This document shows, piece by piece, positions 33,519 to 41,779 of a stretch of DNA of 64,000 nt. The stretch comes from a virus, in the IMG/VR virus record IMGVR_UViG_3300010222_000002, positions 1-64,000 of that record; one strand, written 5' to 3'. The notes beneath the pieces are model-generated. The model saw nothing but the letters and a program-made list of their open reading frames with translations, was not told the origin of the DNA and ran no database searches. The position numbers and the translations under genes are program-made. Each line of letters starts with the position of its first letter. The stretch's first letter is position 1.

Positions 33519-36358
33519 TAGTTGCCACCACCGATAAGGTCGCGGAGTTCGTCAGACGACTTTTCACTGGGGTCAATGCCCCGGTCGTGGAACCCGAGGT
33601 ACATCTGTGCCTTCTTGCTGTCGCGGTCCGAAGGCATCATGTCGTAGATGTCACTGCTGTCGTCCCAGTTCGGGGTGTCATCCATCATCCGGTATCGGGT
33701 CGTAGACATGTTGAGCGTATTCCATCTACATGGATTACGGAAACCAAACTTGTCACGGGTTAGCTTCAGCCCGATAAGGTCCCGTTGGGTGTAACCGGAG
33801 TTATCTTTGAGGTCATCGAAGGCCTGCTCTGCCCGGTTCAGAACAATGGGACCGGCGACAGCCATCAGGGTGTCGTCCTTCTCGTCGTCGGGAACTTCAC
33901 CCACGTCGTCGCCACGGTAGCCACCATCGTAGCCGTCGAGGTGTTTCGCCCAACTGAACTGGTCACGAACATCTTCGAGGTAGTAGTTCCGAAGCTGTTC
34001 GTACTCGTCACCGAGGAGCTTCACGACCTCTTTGCCAGTCTGACCGGAGGGCCGGTAGATCAGCACAACCATCCTGTCGTCATCAATAAGTTCGCCGGGT
34101 GTCATCGCACCGCCTTCAGTGGCGATGAGCGCCGACTCCGACCACTCGATGAACTCTGCGTAGGTCATTACGTCGTCGTAGTCAGCGAGGGCTTCGTACT
34201 CTTTCTTGATGACCGAAGCGATGGCGGCGTACTTCGAGAAGTCGTAGTGGTCACTGATGTTTTCGGTGTCCTGTTCGCTGGTAAACAAGACCAACTTTTC
34301 GTGACCACCGAATCGACCGCCATTCTCCAGTCGTTCTTGGGCGTCTTCGATAGAGAGCCGAAGGTCGATGGAAGAGTTATCGTGGTCAGTTCGAATCTTT
34401 AGCGCCCGGTCCAGCACCTTATCGGGTTTGCCGCTATCTGAGGAACCCTTGTTGACGTTCGACTCGTGGATTGAGTCAGGAACATCGTAGTCATGGTCCT
34501 GTTCATCGGTGTCGGTCAGCGGGACGCTCTTCAGCACTTTGAAGCCGAAGAGTTTGTTCCACTCATCGTACTTTGACGCGCTTTTGACGACGATGACCTC
34601 GGGGTTGTCGTAGGTGTTCTCGATGACTTGGAAACGTTGGGTGAACTTCCCGCCGGTCGAAGCCGCCATGTAGACTTCACCAGAATCGTTGGCGGCGAGG
34701 ATGTTACCGAGATGTTTCTCGTTTCGCTGGGACTTCTTTGAGGACCGACCGGCTCCGTTGTGACAATGCCCGATCTTTTTGAACAGACTGAACATCTGCC
34801 GCACCGTCTCGTCGTCGTAGTCGGGGAACTCGTCTCGGTCATTGATGAATTTCTTGAACTCTCGCTCTCGTTCGAGAACACGGCGATTGCCGTGATAGTT
34901 TACCATCTTCTTGAAGAGAATCCAGTCCGGCTCGTTGCCCCGGATGGCATCAGCCGGGTGGTCGGCGTCTTTCATCCTTTCCGCGATGCCAGAAGCCTGT
35001 TTCAGTTCCTCACTCTGCACTACATCTTGGACGTAGTAGAAGAAGTCGTAGGCTTCTTCGTTTTTCTTCAGCCGGTCACGGTCCCCGGTCGGCTGAGGCA
35101 ACACGATGTCATCTTCGTGAAGTTCACAGATTTTCTGCTCCTTCTGACCTGTCTCGTAGACGTAGGAGCCGTCGCTGTAGTGACCTCGGTTCGGACCCAT
35201 TACAATCCGACCCTGCTCGTCGTCAATCTGAATGACGACGTTCCAGAAAGAGGTAATAGAGGCCCGAGTGTTCCTGTCAATCCGCATGGAAACGAGGAAC
35301 GTATCGGGGTCATCAGCACTGTAGCTGGTGTCGATAACGTCAGGGCCAGCGACGACACTGAACTCGCCGGGTCGTTCGACCACAACCGGCGGGTCACCGT
35401 AGTCCTCTACGAAGTTCGTGAACTCGTATTCCTCTTCGACCGGGGTCGAACCGGCGTCGTGTTCCCGGTACAGGATGGGAACCCGAAGCTTTTCGGCGTA
35501 CTTCTCGACCCAGTTCTGAAGCTCTGAGAGGTCGAAGCCTTCACGAATCGGAATCTCGAATCGAGTTCCGTACTCACCATCAGGAATCGGCTCACCGATA
35601 GCCGTCGCCCCACCCCGGTACGAATAGGCTTCGTAGCCGGGGTGGTTGCCGGGTCGTGGGCTTCGAGTGTAGACCTTCGCCGCCCCATCTGCGCCGTGAG
35701 CCTTCTCGACGGAGTTCGACCCGATGCCGAAGTTACCGCCAGTCTCGCCGTCAACACCGGAGCCACTACTGAACGGGGACTTGAACGCCTCCCAAAACTC
35801 TTCGGGAAGCATCCCGATGCCATTGTCTTGGGTGATGACTTCACGTTCATCTCGGTACACGTCCCATACGATTGTCGGGTCGTAGCCGAGGCTTCGGGCC
35901 GCTTCCAATACCTCGTCAATCGGACGAGGCATTTCCATTGATACTGTGTTACCGTCCACGTCGTCGGGGTCTTCGACCGTCTCACCAGTCTCGGAGTCCA
36001 CGAAGAGAGTCTGTGTCAGCCAGCCATCGCGGTATTCGTCACTCAGCGAGACGATCATCTTACAGCGTCGGATGCAGGCCGTTTCGTGGTTCTGAAGCCA
36101 CTCCCGAGGCCATGCTTCGTCGCTCTGGTAGATTTCCTCGGAGACGAACTCGCCACCGCCACTGATGTCCGTCTTCAGTGCCTTATCTCCGGCGTACTGA
36201 ACGAGGGGATGGTCGTCGCTGGCCGCATCGAAGTCTCGAACCTTCGCGTTGCCAGTGTTGTCGATGACCGGGGCCTGACTCCAATCATCCTGCTCCGCGA
36301 CTGGAGTGTTGTCGTTATCTGTACTGTCGGTCGTCGTCAGTTGGGTGTTCTCGCTCAT
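33518..36358 (-). CDS. GHKL-superfamily ATPase domain protein (946 aa)
   Basis: N-box-like EWLQNHETA, G1 box DNGIGM and G2 box GNFGIGSNS in the N-terminal third (Hsp90/MutL/MORC-type order). About 650 further residues have no recognised motif. Confidence 0.65.
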   Translation of the reverse strand: MSENTQLTTTDSTDNDNTPVAEQDDWSQAPVIDNTGNAKVRDFDAASDDHPLVQYAGDKALKTDISGGGEFVSEEIYQSDEAWPREWLQNHETACIRRCKMIVSLSDEYRDGWLTQTLFVDSETGETVEDPDDVDGNTVSMEMPRPIDEVLEAARSLGYDPTIVWDVYRDEREVITQDNGIGMLPEEFWEAFKSPFSSGSGVDGETGGNFGIGSNSVEKAHGADGAAKVYTRSPRPGNHPGYEAYSYRGGATAIGEPIPDGEYGTRFEIPIREGFDLSELQNWVEKYAEKLRVPILYREHDAGSTPVEEEYEFTNFVEDYGDPPVVVERPGEFSVVAGPDVIDTSYSADDPDTFLVSMRIDRNTRASITSFWNVVIQIDDEQGRIVMGPNRGHYSDGSYVYETGQKEQKICELHEDDIVLPQPTGDRDRLKKNEEAYDFFYYVQDVVQSEELKQASGIAERMKDADHPADAIRGNEPDWILFKKMVNYHGNRRVLEREREFKKFINDRDEFPDYDDETVRQMFSLFKKIGHCHNGAGRSSKKSQRNEKHLGNILAANDSGEVYMAASTGGKFTQRFQVIENTYDNPEVIVVKSASKYDEWNKLFGFKVLKSVPLTDTDEQDHDYDVPDSIHESNVNKGSSDSGKPDKVLDRALKIRTDHDNSSIDLRLSIEDAQERLENGGRFGGHEKLVLFTSEQDTENISDHYDFSKYAAIASVIKKEYEALADYDDVMTYAEFIEWSESALIATEGGAMTPGELIDDDRMVVLIYRPSGQTGKEVVKLLGDEYEQLRNYYLEDVRDQFSWAKHLDGYDGGYRGDDVGEVPDDEKDDTLMAVAGPIVLNRAEQAFDDLKDNSGYTQRDLIGLKLTRDKFGFRNPCRWNTLNMSTTRYRMMDDTPNWDDSSDIYDMMPSDRDSKKAQMYLGFHDRGIDPSEKSSDELRDLIGGGN

Positions 36359-36360
36359 GA

Positions 36361-36579
36361 TTAATAACAGTCTCCGCAGTAGTGATCGGTCCGATACGCC
36401 GCCGAAATTGGTTTCTGATACGTGTTTTCAATAGCCTGTTCGTCGGTCATCTTCAAGCCACAGTCGTAGCAGAAACGGACTGTGACTTCATATGGATTGC
36501 ATCCACAATGCTTACAGACCGAACCGTTTAGCGGTCTGTTGCATCGAGGACAGTCTTCTGCTTTCTCAAGTGGGTTCAT
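36361..36579 (-). CDS. zinc-finger protein (72 aa)
   Basis: CPRCN...CKHCGC...FCYDCG...YCGDC. Preceded by a leader of about 140 nt ending GGGACACAACC-TTCCG-ATG. Confidence 0.55.
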   Translation of the reverse strand: MNPLEKAEDCPRCNRPLNGSVCKHCGCNPYEVTVRFCYDCGLKMTDEQAIENTYQKPISAAYRTDHYCGDCY

Positions 36580-36736
36580 CGGAAGGTTGTGTCCCGTTCT
36601 GCACCGAAGCCGTGGGCATCATCCGACACCGCACCGGTGTCTTCGAGGGTCGAGGCGGCTATCTCTCAACCGAGGGAGTCAGACTTCCCTTTCGCCCATT
36701 CAAAGAATCAAAGCCTGCTGAGTTAAGTCTTCTGCA

Positions 36737-36913
36737 TCAGACTACCACTGGTGGGGTGTCGAAGGTCGTCCAAACCTCCGACTGTTGGGCCTCGATAAGG
36801 GCGGCGTTGTGGTCGAGTCGGACCTTGAAGGGGTCGCCCTCGGAAACGACCCGACCTTCTCGGACCGGACAACTGGGTTGCTTCACGTAGACGAAGGTTC
36901 CTTCAGTTATCAT
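36737..36913 (-). CDS. small hypothetical protein (58 aa)
   Basis: Trimmed to MITEGTFVYV... (ATGA overlap). Confidence 0.4.
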   Translation of the reverse strand: MITEGTFVYVKQPSCPVREGRVVSEGDPFKVRLDHNAALIEAQQSEVWTTFDTPPVVV

Positions 36914-37173
36914 CAGTTGTAGAGTTCCGCTTTGTTTTCGATCCACTCTGCCGCTTCATTGAGGTCAGCCGACTCCAGAAGGAGGCGACCGCCCACTTCG
37001 TATCCGGTTTGACTGTCTCGAACGTATATCGAAGCGCCATCTCGGTACACTTCAACTCCCTGATGGTCGAACTGTTCTACCATTCCATCTTTCATCGCAC
37101 CGAGAAGGCCGATAAGTCTCTCGTGTGGGTTCGGTTCAGCTATCGCTACCGTTTTCTTTGGCGTCTTTCTCAT
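36913..37173 (-). CDS. hypothetical protein (86 aa)
   Basis: Track ORF. Confidence 0.5.
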   Translation of the reverse strand: MRKTPKKTVAIAEPNPHERLIGLLGAMKDGMVEQFDHQGVEVYRDGASIYVRDSQTGYEVGGRLLLESADLNEAAEWIENKAELYN

Positions 37174-37185
37174 TGTTAGATCGAA

Positions 37186-37350
37186 TCAGTCTTCGCTGTC
37201 TTCGTATTGGTCGTGAGTCTCTTCAGTGTCGGGACTGGGGATTGTATAGTCCGGGTTAACCGCCTCAGTTACCGCATCTCGCTGATTGCTATCAGTTTGA
37301 TGCTCCCAATTGTCGTCGTTGTATTGGTGGCTTCGGGGGTCGTCAGTCAT
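37186..37350 (-). CDS. small acidic protein (54 aa)
   Basis: Trimmed to MTDDPRSHQYNDDNW.... Confidence 0.4.
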   Translation of the reverse strand: MTDDPRSHQYNDDNWEHQTDSNQRDAVTEAVNPDYTIPSPDTEETHDQYEDSED

Positions 37351-37552
37351 TGTTTCGGAGAATCCGCTTCGCTTCACTCACTGAACAGTCGAACCGCTCC
37401 ACTACTTCTAACACCGCCCTGTCAGATGGTTCTTCACTCATCTGACTCACCACCGGTGAGCATTTTCCCGTATTTCGTTTTCTCCCTCTTCGACTCCCGT
37501 TTCGCCTCTTTGACCTCTTCTTTTGTCTCGTCGTCCAGAGCGTCTTCGAGGT

Positions 37553-37741
37553 TCATTCTTCCTCACCCCAAGCTGGAGCCATCTCAGGCTTCGGATCGGG
37601 GTGGTCTACCGCCGGGTCTTCGCCGCTGAAGTCGAAGTCCGGCGAAGAGAGTGCCGGGTCGATCTCGAACTCGGGATCTTCTTCGTCTCGGTCATCTGCC
37701 GGTGCCACTCCGTAACTTTGGAGTTCGCTTTCAGTTTGCAT
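37553..37741 (-). CDS. small acidic protein (62 aa)
   Basis: Track ORF; the leader carries GAGACATAAC 13 nt before the ATG, and an AAGACT/AGTCTT pair lies at 37881-37910. Confidence 0.5.
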   Translation of the reverse strand: MQTESELQSYGVAPADDRDEEDPEFEIDPALSSPDFDFSGEDPAVDHPDPKPEMAPAWGEEE

Positions 37742-37916
37742 CGTCGTTCCTCTCAGTTATGTCTCGGGAAGGGGCGGCGAGTCGTAGGCCGAAGCCCCCT
37801 TCTTGACTTCGACCCGAAAGCTCGGTTTTGCTCATGGAGCAACGGGGTCGTCAACCCTACCGAACAAAACGCAGTTGGTTAAGACTTAATTCATGCCGTC
37901 TTGAGTCTTTTGGCTG

Positions 37917-39011
37917 TTAGCTCTGTACTGCTTCTACCGCCTCCTCCGGGGACTGGCCCTTCGACTCGACGCGGAACCGAACCGCATCAGCTTCCATACC
38001 CTCGAAGCCATAGGCTTCGATAACCTCCTCGACGTTTGGCTCTTCGTCGCCGTCGCCACCATCGTTCTGAAGAGCGTTCCGACGCTCTTTTAGTCGGGTC
38101 ATGGCACCCTTCCGGGTGTTTTCGGAGTCGCTTTCGACCCGAAGCATGGTCTGGATAGCTCGAAGGTTGGTGATGTTTGTCACCGAAAGCTCTTTGGGAC
38201 CCTGACCCCGAAGATCGCTCACGTTTACTTCGGTGACTCTCTCCGGGTTAGCGGCGAGGTTGAAAACCTCGTCGTCACCAGAGTCAGCTTCGCTGTCGTC
38301 CCCAGCGACCTCTTCGGGGTCCGTTCCGCCGTCATTCTCGAAGACTTCAGGGTGGCTCGAAGCCACCAGTCCGTCTTCTTCGGTCCAGTGCGACGGTTCG
38401 TCAGGGACCTGCTGGAGGATTTCGAGAGCTTCGAGGACTTCGTTGCCCTTTTCGACGGCGATGGGAAGTCGCTCGCCGTCAACCACCAGAAGCTTTGGTC
38501 CACCGTAGGTGGTGTCGAAGCCGACTTCCGAGGGGTCAATGCCCATCTCTTCGAGGCTTTCACGCTCTCCGCCGTCCAGACCTTCCCACTGCACCGAAGG
38601 GAGGTCGTTGAAGTAGAGAGCGTAACTGAAGTCCACTGAGTTGTGAAGGCCATCATCGTCGTGGCTCTCAGGAACCGTCCCATCGACCAGCCCGATGCTG
38701 TGGTCGGCGTCTCTTTGCATCTTCCCGGCGGTGGACTTTGCCAGCGAAGCCACCATTTGAAGCCTCTGCTGGGGATGAGCATCGCTGTACTCGCCGAGAA
38801 GCCTCGAAGCATCTTCGAGAGTGTCGTCGCTGTAAATCTTCAGCGGTTCGAGATCGAGAGCTTCCAGCATCTCGCCGAGAAGTGACTTCCAGTCTCCGAG
38901 GGAGAGGTAGATTTCAGGGACTTCACTTGAAGTGAACTCCGGCGTCTCTTCGGTGTCTTCGGTGGTCTGTTCCTCGTCGTCGGCTGTCTCGACTGCGAAA
39001 TCGAAACTCAT
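37917..39011 (-). CDS. hypothetical acidic protein (364 aa)
   Basis: Track ORF trimmed to ATG 39009-39011 (MSFDFAVETADDEEQ...); the track start is GTG. It shares a 32-nt exact repeat with 31135-32046. Confidence 0.6.
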   Translation of the reverse strand: MSFDFAVETADDEEQTTEDTEETPEFTSSEVPEIYLSLGDWKSLLGEMLEALDLEPLKIYSDDTLEDASRLLGEYSDAHPQQRLQMVASLAKSTAGKMQRDADHSIGLVDGTVPESHDDDGLHNSVDFSYALYFNDLPSVQWEGLDGGERESLEEMGIDPSEVGFDTTYGGPKLLVVDGERLPIAVEKGNEVLEALEILQQVPDEPSHWTEEDGLVASSHPEVFENDGGTDPEEVAGDDSEADSGDDEVFNLAANPERVTEVNVSDLRGQGPKELSVTNITNLRAIQTMLRVESDSENTRKGAMTRLKERRNALQNDGGDGDEEPNVEEVIEAYGFEGMEADAVRFRVESKGQSPEEAVEAVQS

Positions 39012-40145
39012 TGGTTCTAAATTGTCACCCACTTCGTAGAGTGACCTCACGTTCCTTGTTGTTTTCCGGAAGGAAAAGTCGGGGTCGGGGGCCGGAGGCT
39101 CTTATAAATTCCACCTTCGACCCTAACCGACTCAGCAATCTCTCGGCTTTGCCAGTTGCGTGACTTCATCGCCGTAAGGACTGTTCTTTTTCTCTTGAAG
39201 AACTCTCGCTCTCGCTTTGCTTCACAAGATTGAGTCTTCAGAAAGGTAATTCCTCCCTGAAGTGAGTCCCGTTGCGCCAGTTGTTTGAGGGTTCCACGTA
39301 ATTCGCTTCGCCCCGTCTCCAGTAACTCCACACTGAACCGGACACCGACCCCTCTCGGGACCTTTGTTCAGGCTTCAACGTCCTGTTTTCCGTGGCAGTC
39401 TTTGGCTCCGTCACGGTGTCATCGTGACCCTTCTGAGTCGTTCGGTCTTCGTGAGCTTTCAAGAGGTCGAAGGGTGTGAACCTCCTGAATCACTATTTCG
39501 GGTCCCCTTTCACTGCGAAAGGCTCCTACCGTCTCGCTTTTCGGTGGAAAAGAGACTGGCGGCACCCTGCCGTAGCCCAAGAATCTTAGCGTGAGCTTCG
39601 AGTCTTAGACCACGAAGGTCCGTAATGGGGCGTTCACTTCTGCCGAAGTGCAATCCCTCGATACCTCGACCCTGACATGGGTCTTCAATACTAACGTGAG
39701 TCTTCTGCCTTCGCCCCTTAGTCGCCAAAGGCTCACTTCTCTGCCCTTCTACCGTTCAGGGCGCAAAGTCACCGTCGGGTTTCCTCACGCGGCGTTTTCC
39801 GAAGACCGCGACATGAACTTACAAACACGAAGGGTTTCGGGACGAACTCGGCGAAGGGCATCGGGGTAATTCCCCGCTTCGCCTTTAGATATTCGGCGGC
39901 TCCTGACACGCCCTCGGTCATTCCGAAGTACACTGGAACCGTCCCGCTTGTTTCAAGCCCGGTCAAAGGCTACCATTTGCCCCCTTCGCCGGGGTAATGC
40001 CCCTTTGAAGGAGATTGCATCGTGCAAAGGCCCTGAAAGGCCCTTCGTCCCTCTTATTCTTATAAAAGAACAGGGGAGAACCCCCCGAGACACACCGACA
40101 CTGCCCCGCGTGTGTGCCCGGAGAGTTTCGCTTGCCTGCGAGACG
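39012..40145 (-). ncRNA. long ORF-free, hairpin-rich region; candidate long leader or ncRNA locus read on the minus strand
   Basis: There is no ATG ORF of 60 aa or more; the track ORFs here start at GTG/TTG and are basic. Three AAGACTC motifs in minus orientation lie at 39232, 39600 and 39698. A duplicated promoter module at 40145-40200 predicts a start near 40141-40147. Confidence 0.4.
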
Positions 40146-40469
40146 TGTATCTGACGAGAGCCGGGTAACATATATATCTGTCGATAATCCGCGAGAGGGA
40201 GATATTAGCAGTAGACTACCGTGAGACTGTCGAAATCGGCACTTGGTATATATCATCAACAATCGTGTAGGATTTGGGAAAGTCGGCACTATTTGCTGAT
40301 ACCACAAGCAAATCTGACCCTCATATCAGCATCGACGGCGGTAGCTCCTTAACGGCGGGATTTCGGCAGTATCGGGGTTTTCTCTTTATACCAGAGAAAC
40401 TAATATTACCGGATAATAAACCGACGAATATCCAGTCTGCACGCGCCCATTTTCTTTTCTGAAAACGAC

Positions 40470-40830
40470 CTTCTTTCGATCTTTGTTCCCTTCGTATTCC
40501 GTTTCGATACGGGCGAGGTTCGTTCCCTTACGTTGTTCCCGTTCGTTGTTCTAATACGCAGTTCCCTTTCGTAGTTCTATACATAGTTCTAACTTGTAGT
40601 TCTATATGTAGTTCTAATTCGTGGTTCTAACTACTCTTACTTACTCACCCCCTTCTCGAAGCTAAACAGTCTAATCTTAACAGTTAGTAAGAATAGTAGA
40701 ATTAGAACAGTAGAATTAGAATAGTAGAGTAGGATCGTAGGAGCCATTCACAGGCGAAGATCGCTATTCGGGGATGCGGTATCTCTTAGATTGTATTCTA
40801 ACGAACGGAATTGGGGTTAGAATCGGTTTT
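40470..40830. repeat. iteron-like array with inverted arms; candidate replication origin or operator cluster
   Basis: The left arm has GTTCCC x5, then GTTCTA at 40548, 40574, 40586, 40599, 40611 and 40624 (12-13 bp period). The centre is CCCTTCTCGAAGCTAAACAGTCTAATCTTAACAGTTAG. The right arm has AGTAGAATTAGAA(C/T) x2 plus degenerate copies. GTTCTAATTC (40611-40620) is the inverted match of GAATTAGAAC (40699-40708). Confidence 0.55.
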
Positions 40831-40969
40831 TCTATGGTCGGCAGTGGTTGCCATCGTTTGAATGACTCAAAACGCGAGAGAAGCGTCTTAGCCGGTTTCG
40901 GGATATAGACGTAGTTATCACTAAATCGACATATTATACGCGAAAAAAAGACGGAACCGTGAAACGCCG

Positions 40970-41650
40970 TTACGCTTCGATAGCTTCTTTCACACTACCG
41001 TACAGACCTTTCTCGTAGTTCTCTTTCGCGGTCCGAGCGGTTTCGGCGTTAACCCCGAAAGCCTGCTGAATGTCGGCGACAGTCAGACTGTCGTCATCAC
41101 CGTTTGAAGTGGTTTGGTTGGTGTTTTCGCACTTTGCACACTTTGCCCCCTTCCCGGCGTATGCTATCTGACAGCCTTCACAGACTCCGTGTTTACCCTG
41201 CTTGTGCTGAAGTTTCACCACACCTATCTGAAGGTCTTTGAACCCTTTGTGGTTCCGAATTTTTTCTTCCGCCATGATCGCCTTGGGGTAATCGTAGAAG
41301 CCTTTCGGGTTGGGGTCGTCAAATGCGGGCTGATTCCACCCTTCGGACTCCGACGTTTCAGGCTGGCCTTCGTCGCCTTTTGAATGAACGTGGCAGTCTT
41401 CTATGTCTTCGCAGATGCCACATTTCTCACCGTTCGCTTTCAGGTGGCCTTCTTGAGTGTCTTCGCCGTCAGTCTCTTCTTCTTCCATCAAGTCCGAGAC
41501 TATCTCTTCCGGCGTTTCTTCTTTCTCCCCCTCTTCGACGTATTCGTTCATGAGGGCTTCGAGGTACGCCTCAGGTTCGACACCGAATTTCGCACTTAGT
41601 TTCTCGAACGTTTCAACCATTTTCTCTTCCGCTTCGGTCTTCTGCGACAT
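40970..41650 (-). CDS. hypothetical acidic Cys-containing protein (226 aa), probably leaderless
   Basis: Track ORF. TTTATATAA lies 25-33 nt upstream of the ATG on the coding strand. Confidence 0.6.
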   Translation of the reverse strand: MSQKTEAEEKMVETFEKLSAKFGVEPEAYLEALMNEYVEEGEKEETPEEIVSDLMEEEETDGEDTQEGHLKANGEKCGICEDIEDCHVHSKGDEGQPETSESEGWNQPAFDDPNPKGFYDYPKAIMAEEKIRNHKGFKDLQIGVVKLQHKQGKHGVCEGCQIAYAGKGAKCAKCENTNQTTSNGDDDSLTVADIQQAFGVNAETARTAKENYEKGLYGSVKEAIEA

Positions 41651-41674
41651 TGCGTATCTGAATTCGGACAGGTG

Positions 41675-41683
41675 TTATATAAA
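41675..41683 (-). promoter_or_regulatory. TATA-box-like element for the 40970-41650 gene
   Basis: ttatataaa lies 25-33 nt from ATG 41650, the spacing typical for leaderless haloarchaeal transcripts. It is part of a module duplicated at 40145-40200. Confidence 0.5.
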
Positions 41684-41779
41684 CCTGTCGATAGGGTTGC
41701 GCGGGAGAGACAACGCGCATTATGCGCTTGCTCTCCGTGACGCCCTATGAAGACCGGTTATCCATACGGGTTGTGGGGG

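Noticed and set aside
5986-36595. Interpreting the GGGACACAACC box as a Shine-Dalgarno sequence or as the TATA/initiator of leaderless transcripts.
   Set aside because: The box has no complementarity to the conserved 16S 3-prime end GAUCACCUCCU. It sits at -1 to -15 relative to the ATG, too close for a TATA box. It also occurs in an 18-nt intercistronic gap and inside an upstream coding region.
39047-40462. Track ORFs in the 39-40.5 kb gap (39047-39331, 39238-39462, 39364-39594, 39510-39728, 39769-39966, 39963-40307, 40274-40462 and others).
   Set aside because: The starts I checked (39047-39331, 39238-39462, 40274-40462) are GTG/TTG, not ATG. The ORFs overlap each other on both strands, and the products are basic and low-complexity. 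None shows operon phasing. The region is treated as non-coding.
40470-40830. Possible CRISPR array, because of regularly spaced repeats.
   Set aside because: The period is only 12-13 bp with no spacers. The repeats are short (6-14 bp), the arms are inverted, and no cas genes are present apart from a stand-alone Cas4-like nuclease 33 kb away.
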